Origin: Spirochaetaceae bacterium
GTDB taxonomy: Bacteria > Spirochaetota > Spirochaetia > DSM-27196 > SKKC01
Assembly (NCBI GenBank): GCA_007128315.1
Contig: SKXQ01000023.1
Location: 12,842 to 76,841 of the forward strand
DNA: 64,000 nt
Direction: 5' to 3'
The notes below the pieces were generated by a model. That model was not told where the DNA came from. It did not search any database and saw only the letters and a list, made by a program, of their open reading frames with translations. Positions 63,519 through 64,000 of this stretch are shown here, piece by piece; the stretch's first letter is position 1, and each line of letters opens with the position of its first letter. Both the position numbers and the translations under genes were made by a program.

Positions 63519-64000
63519 ATGAACCTGACTGAACGACTCGCTGATCGCGGCATACGCCATTTTTTTGCCGGATCATCTGCACTTGACCACTATTTCAAGC
63601 TGAAGCACGGCCGGACGGTGTACCTGGATATCGTCGGTTCCCTGATCGATATCGCAAAAATCGGCGAAGAGCTCCAATACCCCGGTGTCGAGCACATCGA
63701 CGCGGTCATTACCGAAGCAGGAAGCACGATATGCATCCGGTGTCTCGACAGGGATCCCGATCGCAAGGACACCTTTCTTCCTCACCTTTCGTTCCGCCTG
63801 GATCCACAAACCCGGCACTATCTTGATCTCGGGAACGCCTACGGCATGATACGTCGGAAAGCGGTGGATCTGACCGATGTTGCATCGTTCCTCACGGACA
63901 CACCGGGGAGACAGCCGACCCGGGACAGACACGCACAACGAAGCAGGATTGTGATGGAAGCCGCCCTCCTCGCAGGCAGATACGGATTCGAGATATCACA
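63519..64000 (+). CDS. Poly(A) polymerase / CCA-adding nucleotidyltransferase family-like protein, N-terminal part (runs off the right edge)
   Basis: Hand translation from ATG 63519 is open for 160 codons to the window end. SFRLDPQTRHYLDLGNAYGMIRRKAVDL and RIVMEAALLAGRYGFEIS resemble the head/neck region of this family. Not in the ORF track because it has no stop. Confidence 0.4.
   Translation, partial: MNLTERLADRGIRHFFAGSSALDHYFKLKHGRTVYLDIVGSLIDIAKIGEELQYPGVEHIDAVITEAGSTICIRCLDRDPDRKDTFLPHLSFRLDPQTRHYLDLGNAYGMIRRKAVDLTDVASFLTDTPGRQPTRDRHAQRSRIVMEAALLAGRYGFEIS

Noticed and set aside
63573-63938. 121-aa minus-strand ORF near the right edge
   Set aside because: The plus strand is open from ATG 63519 to the window end. 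Its translation resembles poly(A) polymerase/CCA-enzyme family proteins, so the minus ORF is most likely its shadow.

Overview
GC-rich (about 60%) bacterial chromosomal segment, densely packed with mostly core housekeeping genes. Recognisable genes include a UvrD/PcrA helicase, a RodZ-like protein, tRNA-Leu(CAA), an FMN-riboswitch-controlled ribD-ribE-ribB-ribH operon, a Fur-family regulator, HtrA, aspS, serA, radA, leuB, hisA, a HisE-domain protein, pyrC, and a LacI-controlled sugar ABC importer. I saw no CRISPR array, transposase, integrase, phage gene or recognisable defence gene, and no planted-looking repeat structure. The loci that deserve a second look are these. (1) A copper module at 12.1-15.2 kb, whose central gene fuses a CuA-type cupredoxin, a two-domain multicopper-oxidase core and a Sco1/SenC chaperone in one chain; it is translationally coupled to a PCuAC chaperone gene. 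This is my best candidate for an undescribed system. (2) A MATE-like transporter that appears to be the fifth gene of the FMN-riboswitch riboflavin operon, making it a candidate flavin transporter. (3) A tightly coupled sensor phosphatase/kinase, T2SSE_N-glycosyltransferase-2 and polytopic membrane protein module, in a cluster that ends with an EAL phosphodiesterase. (4) Gene-decay events: an ABC ATPase relic next to the tRNA, a GT28 glycolipid-synthase pseudogene and a degenerate HisI-like domain. (5) Several candidate operators. All functional calls rest on motifs read by eye; no database search was possible. Several start codons were moved from the ORF-track start on the basis of RBS or overlap logic.
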